Part shown: positions 9,535-18,033 of the stretch, in pieces
How positions within the stretch are numbered: the stretch's first letter is position 1
How the letters are laid out: each line of letters starts with the position of its first letter
Assembly (NCBI GenBank): GCA_965204725.1
Contig: OZ242005.1
Location: 2,016,001 to 2,080,000, forward strand
DNA from: Candidatus Latescibacterota bacterium
Lineage (GTDB): Bacteria; Latescibacterota; UBA2968; UBA8231
Direction: 5' to 3'
DNA length: 64,000 bases
Notes under the pieces: model-generated
Databases searched by the model: none
What the model saw: only the letters and a program-made list of their open reading frames with translations
What the model was told of the DNA's origin: nothing
Translations under genes and position numbers: made by a program

Positions 9535-10701
9535 ATGATAGCCCGCACCATCAAGCCGACCCTAAACCATCTGCTGGACAGCAACCCGGCGGTTGCCTTG
9601 ATCGGGCCACGCCAAGTCGGCAAGACGACGCTCGCCCGGGAAGTCGCCGACGTTCGCGACGCCCTCTACTTGGACCTAGAGCGCCCCAGCGATCGGGCCA
9701 AGATCGCCGACATCGAGCAATACTGCGCTGAAAACGCCAACCGCTTGCTCATTTTCGACGAGGTCCAGCGCGCACCCGGCTTGTTCGCTCCGTTGCGCGG
9801 TATCATAGACGAACATCGGCGGGCCGGCCGGCGGACGGGGCTGTTCCTGCTGCTCGGATCGGCCTCCATCGATCTGCTACAACAGTCGAGCGAGACGCTG
9901 GCGGGTCGCGTCGCGTACTGCGAGTTGCATCCGGTCAATGCGCGAGAGGTGCCCGTGGACGCGCTGCGCCGCCTCTGGTGCCGAGGCGGTTTCCCGGAGA
10001 GCTACCTCGCCCCAAGCGACGCGGCCAGCCTCGACTGGCGGCTCTCCTTCATCCGCACGTATCTAGAGCGCGACATCCCCCAACTCGGGCCGCGCATTCC
10101 CGCCGAGACCTTGCGCCGGTTCTGGACCATGCTCGCCCACAATCAGGGGCAAACCCACAACGCGGCCTCACTCGCCCGAGGCCTCGATGTCAGCGGCGTT
10201 ACCATCGCCCGCTATCTGGATTTGCTGGCCGACCTCCTACTAGTCCACCGCCTGCCGCCTTGGACGAGCAACGTGGGCAGGCGACTCGTCAAGGCCCCCA
10301 AGGTATATGTCAGAGATAGTGGGATTTGTCACGCGCTGCTCGGCATTGAGACGCTCGACGACCTGTTCGGGCATCCGGTCATCGGCAGCAGTTGGGAAGG
10401 CTACGTCATCGAGAACATCGTCGGCGCTCTGCCGCGACGGGCGTCCTGCGGCTACTACCGCACGTCGGGCGGCGCGGAAGTGGACCTAGTGGTCCATCTC
10501 GGCGCGGGCGCAATCTGGGCCATCGAGATCAAGTACAGCTCGGCCCCCAAGGTCTCCAAGGGGTTCCACAGCGCCTGCGAAGACCTGCGGCCTGACCGGA
10601 AGTTCGTCGTTCACGCTGGCAACGAAAGTTTCCCACTGGCAAAAGACATCCGCGCCGTGACGCTCCCGGCCATCGTCCAGCTCCTGACGCAATCGCGTTG
10701 A
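9535..10701 (+). CDS. AAA_14 ATPase with DUF4143 domain
   Basis: GPRQVGKTT, FDEVQ, LLGSAS, ETLAGR, GGFPE, KAPKVYVRDSG, EVDLV...AIEIK. Confidence 0.9.
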   Translation: MIARTIKPTLNHLLDSNPAVALIGPRQVGKTTLAREVADVRDALYLDLERPSDRAKIADIEQYCAENANRLLIFDEVQRAPGLFAPLRGIIDEHRRAGRRTGLFLLLGSASIDLLQQSSETLAGRVAYCELHPVNAREVPVDALRRLWCRGGFPESYLAPSDAASLDWRLSFIRTYLERDIPQLGPRIPAETLRRFWTMLAHNQGQTHNAASLARGLDVSGVTIARYLDLLADLLLVHRLPPWTSNVGRRLVKAPKVYVRDSGICHALLGIETLDDLFGHPVIGSSWEGYVIENIVGALPRRASCGYYRTSGGAEVDLVVHLGAGAIWAIEIKYSSAPKVSKGFHSACEDLRPDRKFVVHAGNESFPLAKDIRAVTLPAIVQLLTQSR

Positions 10702-10721
10702 GCTATGCGGCATGGTACACT

Positions 10722-11033
10722 TTAGGCGACGTATTTCTGGATGCCGACGACGAGGGCGATGCTCAGGGCCGAGATCAGCGCGACGCCGACGAGCGTGATG
10801 ATCAGAATTTTGCCCATGAGGTAAATCCCCAAGCCCATGAGGCAGGCCACCACTCCCACCAAGAAAATCATCAGCCCCACCCACTAAGCCAACCCGTCCT
10901 TGTCGGCGACCCGATCCGGGTTGAGGCCGGAGATAAGGCCGATGCGTTTTTTGACTCCGATCAGACAGGCGATGACATAGAGCGGCAGAGCGGAAAGCAG
11001 CATGACGAGGAAGATGAGTAGGCCGGTGTTCAT
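10722..11033 (-). pseudogene. Small 3-TM membrane protein (DUF3784-like) with internal TAG at codon 50
   Basis: Translates as MNTGLLIFL...LISGLNPDRVADKDGLA*WVGLMIFL...IQKYVA*. TAG at 10884-10886; AAAGGA RBS upstream. Not in the ORF track. Confidence 0.65.
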
Positions 11034-11298
11034 TTGAGAATCCTTTCATCGGTTGGGAATCGTCACGACGGAAACGGCACGGGAATCTCATCGCCGTGTC
11101 ACGAGGACAGGAGTGCAGTAGCAGGACTTATAAGAGAGCCTACGATGGGAACAGTAGGCCGTCAGTCGCTAGAAATATCTGAGAATACAATAGGTCGCGG
11201 TGACTTATAGAGCTTCATTTTCCCGGTTCCGACCTAGAGGTGGCGGTTCTTTCACAACATCTCTGTCGATTCAACTTATTTATACACGAACATCATAA

Positions 11299-12222
11299 GA
11301 AGCCTTTTTAAAACTCTTTTTCTTTGTTTTTTCGCTTGAGCAACAGATGGATCATAACGATATGTATAAAGGCTTGGCTATTGTCGGTTAAGGTTTCATA
11401 GTCTTTGGCGTGGATACGATAGTTACCCAACCAAGCAAAGGTTCGTTCGACGACCCATCGGCGCTTGAGTAGGGTAAAGCCTGGACGTGGTTTTTCACGG
11501 ACGTCCAATCGGATTTTATAGGTTTGTTTTAAGTTGGCGACCCATGCGTTGAGCGCCTCCCCTCGGTAACCGGCATCGACCCATACTCTTCTCAGCCGTT
11601 GGACGCCGGCGGAGAAATAGTCCCTCAACAGGGCCTTTAGGCCGTCGGCGTCGGAGACATCGGCGGCGGTGACCTTACATTGCAGGATCGATCCTTGGCT
11701 ATCGACTAACAGGTGGCGTTTGCGTCCTTTGACCCGTTTCCCGGCGTCGTAGCCGATGGCTCGGCCTTGGGTTGCGGTCTTAACACTCTGGGCGTCGATG
11801 CCGCCGGCCGACGGGGTTGGCCGGCGGCCTTGTTGGGTGCGCTGTTGGCGGGTCAAGGCGTCCAGTATCCGGGGCCAGTGCCCGTCTCGCCGCCAGCGAT
11901 TGAAGTATCCATACACTGTTTGCCACGGCCCAAACGTCGGCGGCAGCATCGGCCACGGACAGCCGGTTTTAGCCCGATAGAGGATCCCATTGAGCACCAA
12001 ACGTAGAGTCCGGGGCGGACGACCCGGACCCCCACGACGCCAACGACGCGAGGGCAAGAAGGGAGACAGCCGCTGCCATTGCGCGTCTGTTAGGTCGGTC
12101 GGATATTGATATGGCGTACTCATCGGAGACCTTTCGTTCAGGGTTCTTAGGCGAAACCTGAAGGTGTTCGGTGAGTACGCCTACGTCAAATCCAAGCAAA
12201 AAAGGAGTTTTAAAAAGGCTTC
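11299..12222 (-). mobile_element. IS5-family (IS1031-like) insertion sequence, 924 bp
   Basis: 18-bp perfect terminal inverted repeats gaagcctttttaaaactc (11299-11316 / 12205-12222). TAA target duplication at 11296-11298 and 12223-12225. Confidence 0.92.
11308..12123 (-). CDS. IS5-family DDE transposase
   Basis: YPTDLTDAQW, GCPW..LP, IDAQSVK, GYDAGKRVKGRKRH, DAGY, RWVVERTFAW. Confidence 0.95.
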   Translation of the reverse strand: MSTPYQYPTDLTDAQWQRLSPFLPSRRWRRGGPGRPPRTLRLVLNGILYRAKTGCPWPMLPPTFGPWQTVYGYFNRWRRDGHWPRILDALTRQQRTQQGRRPTPSAGGIDAQSVKTATQGRAIGYDAGKRVKGRKRHLLVDSQGSILQCKVTAADVSDADGLKALLRDYFSAGVQRLRRVWVDAGYRGEALNAWVANLKQTYKIRLDVREKPRPGFTLLKRRWVVERTFAWLGNYRIHAKDYETLTDNSQAFIHIVMIHLLLKRKNKEKEF

Positions 12223-12816
12223 TAAGCAAAGACCGAGAACTATAAAAATAACCACTGCGAGGACTATTGCGGTACAGCACTTCATATTACTATGAATCCA
12301 TTTGATACATTCCTCATTAAGAAAAATCTTGTAACAAAGGTAGCAAACCCAAAACACCATGACCAAGAATCCCAAGCCCTGCATAAGATCTCTTGCGCGA
12401 AAAATACAAAGCCACTTATGGAAACAATTTAACTTATAGGGATAGGGTCTTTTCTCTTCTAAGAAGAGTTGATTCAGCTCAATTGTTCCAAGTTCCTTCT
12501 CAATTTGGCGAAGTCTGTCCGCTAAGATATCAGAATGCCATTGCAGATGACCGACAAGCCCCATCTTGGCGACCGTCATGAATACAACCACGGCTACCAA
12601 GGCTACTAGCTTAAGACCCCCTATCTTCGCCGAATCAAATCCAACTGAAAACGCCCCGCCCGAAATAGCAACATAGAGAGCATATATTGACCAGATTCTC
12701 ACGTCTATTTGGCGGAAGGTTTGACTCGCCTGCTCATACTCCAGCTTTAGCAAGTTGCTCTCTTGCTCATTCTCAAATCGCTCATACTTGCTCCGTTTCT
12801 CTCGAAACCATCCCAT
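12181..12816 (-). CDS. Low-GC, Cys-rich multi-TM hypothetical protein; last 13 aa are donated by the IS end
   Basis: ATG 12816 with GAGGA upstream; about 4 hydrophobic segments; AT-rich codon usage; ORF reads into the IS terminal repeat. Confidence 0.65.
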   Translation of the reverse strand: MGWFREKRSKYERFENEQESNLLKLEYEQASQTFRQIDVRIWSIYALYVAISGGAFSVGFDSAKIGGLKLVALVAVVVFMTVAKMGLVGHLQWHSDILADRLRQIEKELGTIELNQLFLEEKRPYPYKLNCFHKWLCIFRARDLMQGLGFLVMVFWVCYLCYKIFLNEECIKWIHSNMKCCTAIVLAVVIFIVLGLCLEAFLKLLFCLDLT

Positions 12817-12850
12817 AAAAATCCATCCTCGACAGCGGTGTGGCAATCTA

Positions 12851-13009
12851 TTTATTAACCCGACGCCCGCCAAGTAAGGCGTATGCCGCGTCGCAATCGG
12901 TCAAAGCAGCGACGCCCCTCATACCCCATCGTACGACGGGCACTAGGTGCCGGTTGAGGCGGAACACGCGACCCAGCAGCTTGGCCCAGTTAAGACGGTA
13001 ACTGGAGGC
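12851..13009 (-). pseudogene. Degenerate C-terminal fragment of an IS91/ISCR-like transposase
   Basis: Reads YRLNWAKLLGRVF, then with frameshifts CPS..G-MRGVAALTD...YLAGVGL. This resembles the WAxLLxRVF...CPxCGG.M...TD...L C-terminus of IS91-like transposases. Confidence 0.55.
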
Positions 13010-13065
13010 TTACTCAGTGCCACCTTGAGAGCGTAGGTAGTTGGTAAGCTCTGAAGAAGTCCCCC

Positions 13066-13079
13066 CAAAGGGCGACTTC
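13066..13079. terminator. Part of a hairpin (gaagtc-ccc...ggg-c-gacttc, about 13056-13079) downstream of the small 13126-13314 gene
   Basis: Imperfect inverted repeat; no strong U-tract. Confidence 0.25.
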
Positions 13080-13125
13080 AGTTTCAGGACGATGCCGAAA
13101 AATCTAATAGCCGGACAACGGAGGA

Positions 13126-13314
13126 TCAAACAGCGCGTAATTTTTCAGCCGGCAGTTCCAAGGCCCGCTCCTCGTCGCCCATTTTGACGACAATTCGGAA
13201 TAGCTGACGTCCCCCTACCCCGATTCGTCCTCTATCCTCAACGACCGTCCCCGTTAAGGTCCGATTGCCAAAGGGCAGGCGGACCTTGTCTCCAATGCGG
13301 AATTTCGTAGCCAT
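13126..13314 (-). CDS. 62-aa KOW/SH3-like small protein
   Basis: MATKFRIGDKVRL...GTVVED...FRIVV pattern; GAGGGG RBS-like sequence upstream. Confidence 0.6.
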   Translation of the reverse strand: MATKFRIGDKVRLPFGNRTLTGTVVEDRGRIGVGGRQLFRIVVKMGDEERALELPAEKLRAV

Positions 13315-13339
13315 GATTGTCCTATCAACCCCCTCTGCT

Positions 13340-15316
13340 TCACGATGGAAACGGCACGGGAATCCCATCGCCGTGCCACGGGAAGGCGTAGCTCGGCGCG
13401 TTGCAGAAGCGGTCTAGCCCAGCACCGATGCGAATCGCCGTGGATGGCGGCAGTTTCACCGAGAAGTACTTCCCTTCGACAGTCGTCGCCACCTCGCCAT
13501 CCTTCCCGGCGGCGCGGTATCTGAGCTCGGTAAAGCGGTGCTCGCCAAAGGCGCCGGCCTGCACGATGAGGCAGCGCGTCTCGTGCCGCGACGTGTTGAC
13601 GAGTTGGATGCCGACCACGGCCAGGCCCAGTTCATCCACCAAGGCGGCCACGTCCAACGGCAGCCCCGGACGCCGGCGATCGGCGTCGAAGTAGCGCACG
13701 GTGGCGCGTAGCAGGCCGCCGTTATAGACCGATTGCGGCGCCCCTAACGCCACCTGAGTCAGCCCCTTGGTCAACACCGGCTGCGACGGAAGCCGATTGG
13801 TCGCAATGATCTCCAAGGGACTGCGCTCGTCGGCGCGCATAGTCTCGTAGGTCTCTAGCGCCTGCTGGTACTCGGCCCGCAAGATTTGCTCCGGCCAGCC
13901 CGGATTCTTGCCGTCGTAGTACTGGAAGCGGGCGAATTCAGTATTGCCCCAGTTTTTCTCGCCCAAAGCCGTGCCCACGTCGTTCCAGTCGCGCTCCACA
14001 TCGCCATCGCGCACCAAAGTAATCAACTCGTAGTCCTGCTGGGCCATAGAAGCGTGATACAGGTGCATGATGTCTTGGCCCCGCAGCGGAGTCGGCTCCA
14101 GCCAGTAGCCGCGCATCTCAATGCCGTCGCTTACGTGCAGCCCCGGCGCTGGATTCCAGTCCCAGCCATCCGGCCCATAGCGCACCGGCACGAGCAACTG
14201 CCCGTCCTCCCGCTTCCGGCCGTTATCGACTTGCAGCTTGATTTGCGAGCGCAAAAAGTCGAGGTAGCCGTGATCGCCGGTGAGCAGTTGGGCGCATTCG
14301 ACCGCGATGTTGATGCCGTGGAACATGATGTTGTAGCCTTGGTAGTGATTCCAGCCGTACTGGCCGCCCCACCACACGCCCTCGCGGCCCCCGCCGATGA
14401 CGCCTTGGGCATCGACGTTGTCCGGGCAAATCCCACCGTTTTGCTCGGTGCGCTCCATCCACGCCTCCGTGTAGTCAAGCACCCATTGTTTGTACTGGTT
14501 GTCGCCGGTGTACAGATAGGCGTTGGTCACCAGCGCGGTGGCCGCTAGGCTGTTGGGCGTGTCGCACTGCAAGACGAGCCGGTCGAACAGCTCGACAATC
14601 TGCTGGCGGCGCGCTGGGTTTTCAAACCAGCGGGTCTCCAAATTTTTGACGATGGGATACAGACTGGCGCGCACTCCGTAGTAGTTGGCTTGGCCGCCCA
14701 GCCCGCGTCCGGCCAGCAGCATGGTGTTGGCGTATTCCGCGTCGGCGTGGAGCTTGGGGCCTTGACTCGAATGGAAGGGCGAGCGCAGGATGCGATGGTT
14801 GGGGTCCCAGTTGGGGGCTTGGGGATCCGCGCCGATAAATAGGGCCGCAAAACGCCGCGCCCGCCGCATGTTTTCCGATACCGTGGGGTCGGCCACGCCA
14901 AAGTCGTACAAGGCCATATTGCCCTCGCCCAAGTGGTGCCACTCCATGGCTTGGTCGAGGTTCCAAAACTCGTTGTGGATGGACGGCCGAAAGACCTTCA
15001 CGTGGTCGTTGTAGCGCGTACGGTGCTCCAAGCGGTCGTCGCTGATGCGGGTGACGGCGTTCCAGTTGCGGAAGTGGAGATCGAGCAAATCGTCGGCCGC
15101 GCCCAGCGCGTAGAACAGGCCAAAGTTGTACATCTGCTCGTAGAGGTCATCGACGTCCTCGGCCAGCAAGGTGCCGCCGCCGCGCTCAAAGTAGCGCCGG
15201 GCGAACAGGCGACCCGACTCCTCCATCAGCGCGATTAGATTCCGCTCCATCAAGGCCCACGCCGGCGGGGCCGCCACCTCGGTCGCTTCAATCCCAATCA
15301 CATTGTTTGCAGTCAT
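13340..15316 (-). CDS. Conserved-looking hypothetical protein (658 aa), possibly an alpha/alpha-barrel carbohydrate-active enzyme
   Basis: Long ORF with host codon bias and GGAGG RBS; Trp/Tyr/Asp-rich; no motif that I can assign firmly. Confidence 0.75.
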   Translation of the reverse strand: MTANNVIGIEATEVAAPPAWALMERNLIALMEESGRLFARRYFERGGGTLLAEDVDDLYEQMYNFGLFYALGAADDLLDLHFRNWNAVTRISDDRLEHRTRYNDHVKVFRPSIHNEFWNLDQAMEWHHLGEGNMALYDFGVADPTVSENMRRARRFAALFIGADPQAPNWDPNHRILRSPFHSSQGPKLHADAEYANTMLLAGRGLGGQANYYGVRASLYPIVKNLETRWFENPARRQQIVELFDRLVLQCDTPNSLAATALVTNAYLYTGDNQYKQWVLDYTEAWMERTEQNGGICPDNVDAQGVIGGGREGVWWGGQYGWNHYQGYNIMFHGINIAVECAQLLTGDHGYLDFLRSQIKLQVDNGRKREDGQLLVPVRYGPDGWDWNPAPGLHVSDGIEMRGYWLEPTPLRGQDIMHLYHASMAQQDYELITLVRDGDVERDWNDVGTALGEKNWGNTEFARFQYYDGKNPGWPEQILRAEYQQALETYETMRADERSPLEIIATNRLPSQPVLTKGLTQVALGAPQSVYNGGLLRATVRYFDADRRRPGLPLDVAALVDELGLAVVGIQLVNTSRHETRCLIVQAGAFGEHRFTELRYRAAGKDGEVATTVEGKYFSVKLPPSTAIRIGAGLDRFCNAPSYAFPWHGDGIPVPFPS

Positions 15317-15427
15317 CGCTTCCTACCTCCTGTGCGCGAGAAAGGGTCGGTCGTAATTCTAGGCGGCAACCCGTGCGCGGGCAAGCGGTCCGCTTGCCGC
15401 TCCAGCCGCATCTATTACCTTAAAAAC

Positions 15428-16213
15428 ATGGACAGCAAAGACTATCTGCACACCCTCTTCTCCTGCGAGGGCCGCCGCGCCATCGTCACCGGAGCCTCCA
15501 GCGGCTTAGGGGCCGAAATGGCCCGCGTCCTCGTCTCAGCAGGCGCGGACGTCCTCGCCGTCGCCCGCCGCCAAGCGCGCCTCCAAGCACTGGCCGAGCA
15601 ATTGCAAGACCGAGCCGGAACCATCCATGTACACTCGGCCGACCTCAGCGACAACGCGGCCATCGCCGCCCTGCCCGAAAAGGCGCACACACGGCTCGGC
15701 GGCTGCGACATCTTGGTCGCCAATGCCGGCACCGCCACCCGCGCCCGCCTCGAAGACATGCCCGAGCAGGATTTTGCCGCGGTCGTCGATCTCAACCTCA
15801 AGGCGCAGTGGCTGCTCGCCAAAGCCTGCTTCCCCTTGCTTTGCCAATCGGGTGCCGGCCGCATCGTCAATATCGCCTCGATCTACGGCTTGGGGGCCTC
15901 AGTAATCAACGGCCTGAGTGCCTACACCGCCAGCAAACACGGGCTCGTGGGGCTGACGCGCTCGCAGGCAGTGGAATGGAGCCGACACGGCATCACCGCC
16001 AACGCCATCGCCCCCAGCTATTTCCCCACCGAATTGACCGAGACCGCACTCGACAACGAGAAAATGAGCACCCGCCTGCGTAGCTTTACGCCGCAGGGCC
16101 GCTTTGGTCAGCCCGCCGAGTTGGCTACGACCCTACTCTTCTTGTGCTCAAAGGCCAGTGGCTACGTCAACGGGGCCGTCGTACCTGTAGATGGCGGCTG
16201 GACAGCGTGGTAA
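15428..16213 (+). CDS. SDR family oxidoreductase
   Basis: TGASSGLG, NAG, YTASK, VDGGW. Confidence 0.92.
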   Translation: MDSKDYLHTLFSCEGRRAIVTGASSGLGAEMARVLVSAGADVLAVARRQARLQALAEQLQDRAGTIHVHSADLSDNAAIAALPEKAHTRLGGCDILVANAGTATRARLEDMPEQDFAAVVDLNLKAQWLLAKACFPLLCQSGAGRIVNIASIYGLGASVINGLSAYTASKHGLVGLTRSQAVEWSRHGITANAIAPSYFPTELTETALDNEKMSTRLRSFTPQGRFGQPAELATTLLFLCSKASGYVNGAVVPVDGGWTAW

Positions 16214-16228
16214 TCATTGAAGGGTCGG

Positions 16229-18033
16229 ATGAAAGTAGCGTGGAAGCACTCCGCCCTTGAGAAAACGGCCCGGTGCTGGCGCGACCCCTTCGCCTTGCTC
16301 ATCGCCATCCTCGCCCTCTTGGGCACCGTCCACATCCTCGTCCGCACCGCTTCCTACGGCACCGCGGTCCTCTACGACTCCTCAGTTCTTCTGTCCACGG
16401 CCGTGAACTTCCTCGCCGGAGAGGGCTGGCAGGATTCTTTTGGCCGCCCGCTGGTAGGATGGCCGCCCTTGTTTCCCCTGCTGCTGGCAGCCGGCGGTTG
16501 GGTAGGCATTGAGCCGTTTGCGGCGGGTCGGTTGCTCAACGCCGCGGCCTTTGGGCTGACCATCCTCGCCGCGGGGAACTATCTGCGCTCCAATCTCCGG
16601 TCGCGGGGGCTGGCACTGACTGCCAGCGTAGTCATCGCGACCTCCCTGCCCTTGAGCTATTGGGCGTCCTGCATCATGACCGATAACCTCTTCGTCCTGT
16701 TGACGCTCCTCGCCTTGATCCAGTTGGCGGCCTTCCTCCAGCGCGGCGGACGGATGCCCCTGTTGGGGGGCGCGGTTTTTACCGCACTGGCCGCGCTGAC
16801 CCGCTATCCGGGCGTGGTCCTGATCGGCGTCGGCGTCCTGTTGCTGCTGGTGCGGCGCACCCCGTCGCTGGCCACCCGGTTGAAAGACGCCATCGCTTAT
16901 GGGACCGTCTCATCCATTCTCCTCGCGGGGGTACTGACGCGCAACTGGGAGATCTCCGGGTACCTGACCGGGTGGAGAGACGGATCGGGGCAGTCCCTGC
17001 CCGCTGGGCTGCGCCAAGTGGCCGATGTATTCCGGGAGTGGGTGATTCCCTCGAACGCGCCGGACGGGTTTGGTTACCTCTTGTGGACGGCGGTTGGGCT
17101 GGTTGCGGCAGCGGGGATGGTCGTCGTTCTGGCAGGTCTCGGCTTCGGCCTAGGTGGAAAGGATCGGACGGCGGCACCGCTCTTCGGGTTGGGACCGGCA
17201 CTCCCATTCGGGGTGTTCACTTTGATCTACTCGCTATTCATGGTCGCGGTCGTGCCCTTCACGGCTGCTCAGGAAATCAACAGCCGCTACCTGCTGCCGG
17301 TGTATGTGCCGCTGCTGTTGGCGGCGGTGTTGCTGCTGCTTGGTTTTGGGATCGGACCGCGGCCCCGGGAAAGCACCTGTTTCTCCCGGCTGAGATTCAC
17401 CTTATGACGTCGTCCATACTGGAGGCGACCGATGACGACACCCCGTATATCGTATGGCTCCGGGGCGAAAAGTCTTTTTACGACTACGACGACCTCGACA
17501 TCCGCTTACTGCCCGGGGTGGAACCCGTGGCCGAGTTGGGCGACGGCGTGGTATTCCGCGTAACGGCGACCGAACCCTTCAATGCGGAGCGGCATCGCGC
17601 CCGAAAGCAACGCTACGTGCAGCAACTCATCGAACGGGCTGGCGAGTTGGTGATCCGCGCCGACTCGACGTGGCCGATTCACACTTCGGACGCAGAACGG
17701 GCCGACGAGCAGGTGGCTCGCGCCGGCTGGGACGTGTACCGAAACGGACGCAAGCTGACCTACCACAAACAGCCGTGTGCCCCCGACGACGTGGAGACGA
17801 ATTTCGTCTTGCAAGTCATCCCGGTCGATCCAGCCGACCTGTCAGCCGACCGCAGGCCATCCGGCTTTGACCACCTCGACTTCAATTTCTACATACACGG
17901 CGGCATCCGGCTCGACGACCAGTGTGTGGTGACCGCCCAACTCCCCGACTACCCCATCAGCCGCATCTATATCGGCCGGTGGATGGCCGACAACGACAGC
18001 ATGCTCTGGGAAATGAAGGCCGAGGGGATATGA
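16229..18033 (+). pseudogene. GT-C paralog 4, split by a frameshifting deletion into a TM ORF (16229-17407) and a soluble-domain ORF (17404-18033)
   Basis: Relative to paralog 3, about 256 bp between ...LLL and AWFWDRTAAPGK are missing at about 17337-17340. Confidence 0.75.

Larger units (their letters stand above)
11063..13380. mobile_element. Genomic islet bounded by a 41-bp direct repeat duplicating the 3' end of the 13340-15316 gene
   Basis: 11063-11103 vs 13340-13380 match at 38/41 positions. The interior is AT-richer and carries IS sequences. Confidence 0.75.

Noticed and set aside
10884-10886. Pyrrolysine or programmed readthrough at the in-frame TAG
   Set aside because: TAG is used as an ordinary stop elsewhere in the window, there are no pyl genes, and the position is not catalytic; a nonsense mutation is simpler.
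11293-11295. Selenocysteine at the TGA reconstructed after removing IS5
   Set aside because: No SECIS-like hairpin is visible downstream on the minus strand.
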